Origin: Deltaproteobacteria bacterium
GTDB lineage: Bacteria; Myxococcota_A; Polyangia; Haliangiales; Haliangiaceae
Direction of reading: 5' to 3'
NCBI GenBank assembly: GCA_025353585.1
Contig: JANXOM010000279.1
Location: forward strand, 18,009-82,008
DNA length: 64,000 nucleotides
Part shown: piece by piece, positions 63,000 through 64,000 of the stretch
Layout: each line of letters opens with the position of its first letter
Position numbering within the stretch: the first letter of the stretch is position 1
Made by a program: the position numbers and the translations under genes
The notes under the pieces: generated by a model
The model's database searches: none
The model's input: only the letters and a program-made list of their open reading frames with translations
What the model was told of the DNA's origin: nothing

Positions 63000-63628
63000 G
63001 CGGACGGATCGCGCAGCGTCGGGCGCAGGCGGAACGCCGCGATCACGCCGAGGGTCAGGAGCCCGATCCCGCCGAGGCCCCACCCCAGCGCGTCGTCGAG
63101 GCCGCGCAGCGGGTTCCAGTCCGCCGGCAGCGCCGAGACGACGGTCGCCTTGTGTGGCGGCGGCGGCGGGCGGACGGCCGGCTGGAGCGCGTGCGCGACC
63201 CCGACGTCATCGGTCGGCATCTCGTCGGTCGCGAGACGCGACGGCAGCCCGTGGATCGCGACGCGCGAGCCGTCGAGCCGGATCGCGGTCAGGTCGAGGT
63301 GGCCCCCGGCCCGGAGCTGGCTCATCTCGAGCGTGTGCGAGCCGCCGTCCGCGTCGCCGAGCTCGACGACGCTCACGCCCGGGCGGTCGTCATCGGTCCG
63401 CGGCACGACGGTCCACTCGGTCGCTTCGCCCGCGTAGGTCCACCGCGCGACGACGGCGGCGACGGGCTCGGCGAGCTGGATCATCAACGCATCGCGGACC
63501 GGAGCGGTCGTTGTCGCGTGATCGTGCCAGTACTGGAGCACGCGCGGCGCCGGTTCACAGGCGCCCGTCCCGCTCTGCCCGACGACCAGCGCGGAGGTGA
63601 GCACGGCGGCCGCGAGCGCGAGCTTCAT
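62996..63628 (-). CDS. secreted protein with C-terminal membrane anchor, unknown function
   Basis: Signal peptide MKLALAAAVLTSALVVGQS. C-terminal GWGLGGIGLLTLGVIAAFRLRP. Its stop shares the CTAG tetranucleotide with the convergent gene. Confidence 0.65.
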   Translation of the reverse strand: MKLALAAAVLTSALVVGQSGTGACEPAPRVLQYWHDHATTTAPVRDALMIQLAEPVAAVVARWTYAGEATEWTVVPRTDDDRPGVSVVELGDADGGSHTLEMSQLRAGGHLDLTAIRLDGSRVAIHGLPSRLATDEMPTDDVGVAHALQPAVRPPPPPHKATVVSALPADWNPLRGLDDALGWGLGGIGLLTLGVIAAFRLRPTLRDPSA

Positions 63629-63679
63629 ACGAAGTAGACCCCCGCCGCCGCGCCCGGTTGCAGGGTGCGACGAGTGGGA

Positions 63680-63859
63680 GCGGTTGCGCGCCGCTTACCG
63701 CAGAGTCGCGAAGCACGCGGAGAGTGAGGAGCAGAAACGGAGGGGTTGGTTCGCAGGCCCCGACGGCCGCAACCGCCGTGGCCCTGGCGTCAAACCCTCT
63801 CGATCTGCTCCTCCCTCTCTGCGTGCTCCGCGACTCTGCGGTCAGCGTCGCGCAACCGC
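63680..63859. repeat. 180-bp extended hairpin element (55-nt arms, 50/55 paired); homologous to 40851-41013
   Basis: Left arm GCGGTTGCGCGCCGCTTACCGCAGAGTCGCGAAGCACGCGGAGAGTGAGGAGCAG (63680-63734) pairs with 63805-63859. The inner 70 nt continue to pair partially. Confidence 0.9.
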
Positions 63860-63874
63860 TCGGGCAAAGCGCGC

Positions 63875-63916
63875 CCGGAGCTAGACCGGAGCTGGACCGG
63901 AGCTAGACGAGCTAGA
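63875..63916. repeat. tandem 11-nt repeat (CCGGAGCT[A/G]GA), about 3.5 units
   Basis: ccggagctaga ccggagctgga ccggagctaga cgagctaga. The last unit contains the stop of the partial downstream gene. Confidence 0.85.
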
Positions 63917-64000
63917 TCAACTCGAGCATCGGCGCGTCAGCCGCGCGCGCCCGTAGCTCGCCGACCCGGGCGGCAGGCAGGCCGGCGTCGCGGAGCTCGG
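63912..64000 (-). CDS. 3' end of a minus-strand gene continuing beyond the window
   Basis: The frame giving ELRDAGLPAARVGELRARAADAPMLELI-stop has strong GC3 bias. Too short to assign a family. Confidence 0.35.
   Translation of the reverse strand, partial: ELRDAGLPAARVGELRARAADAPMLELI

Overview
Very GC-rich window (about 70% by eye, not computed). Gene content and style (many lipoproteins, Ser/Thr kinases, ECF sigma factors, PilT) look like a myxobacterial (Myxococcota) chromosome. Because of the GC content, most long ORFs in the six-frame track are antisense or out-of-frame artefacts, so I called genes from recognisable protein families, third-position G/C bias and start/stop coupling. I see no rRNA, tRNA, CRISPR array, transposase, integrase or phage genes. 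Main blocks: (1) a translationally coupled carotenoid operon (glycosyltransferase, lipoprotein, crtY, crtE-like, crtI, crtB, unknown membrane protein), flanked by an SDR-SRPBCC fusion, an ECF sigma factor and a CarH-like B12-domain regulator; (2) two TonB-dependent receptor modules with lipoproteins, small His/Cys-rich proteins and a mirrored pair of Fur-family regulators; (3) a B12 block with a BtuF-like binding protein and IcmF, MutA, MutB and MeaB in tandem; (4) housekeeping genes (trpS, glmU, prolyl oligopeptidase, mgtE); (5) signalling genes: an REC-GGDEF-EAL protein coupled to pilT, and a kinase with an N-terminal zinc anti-sigma motif divergent from an ECF-type sigma factor. The most unusual signals are non-coding. 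There are three families of palindromic repeats. One family has a 77-nt near-perfect palindrome sitting in-frame inside mutA, and four nested copies upstream of the c-di-GMP/pilT operon. Three genes appear disrupted by frameshifts or deletion. I found no clearly novel multi-gene system; the findings below are candidates only.
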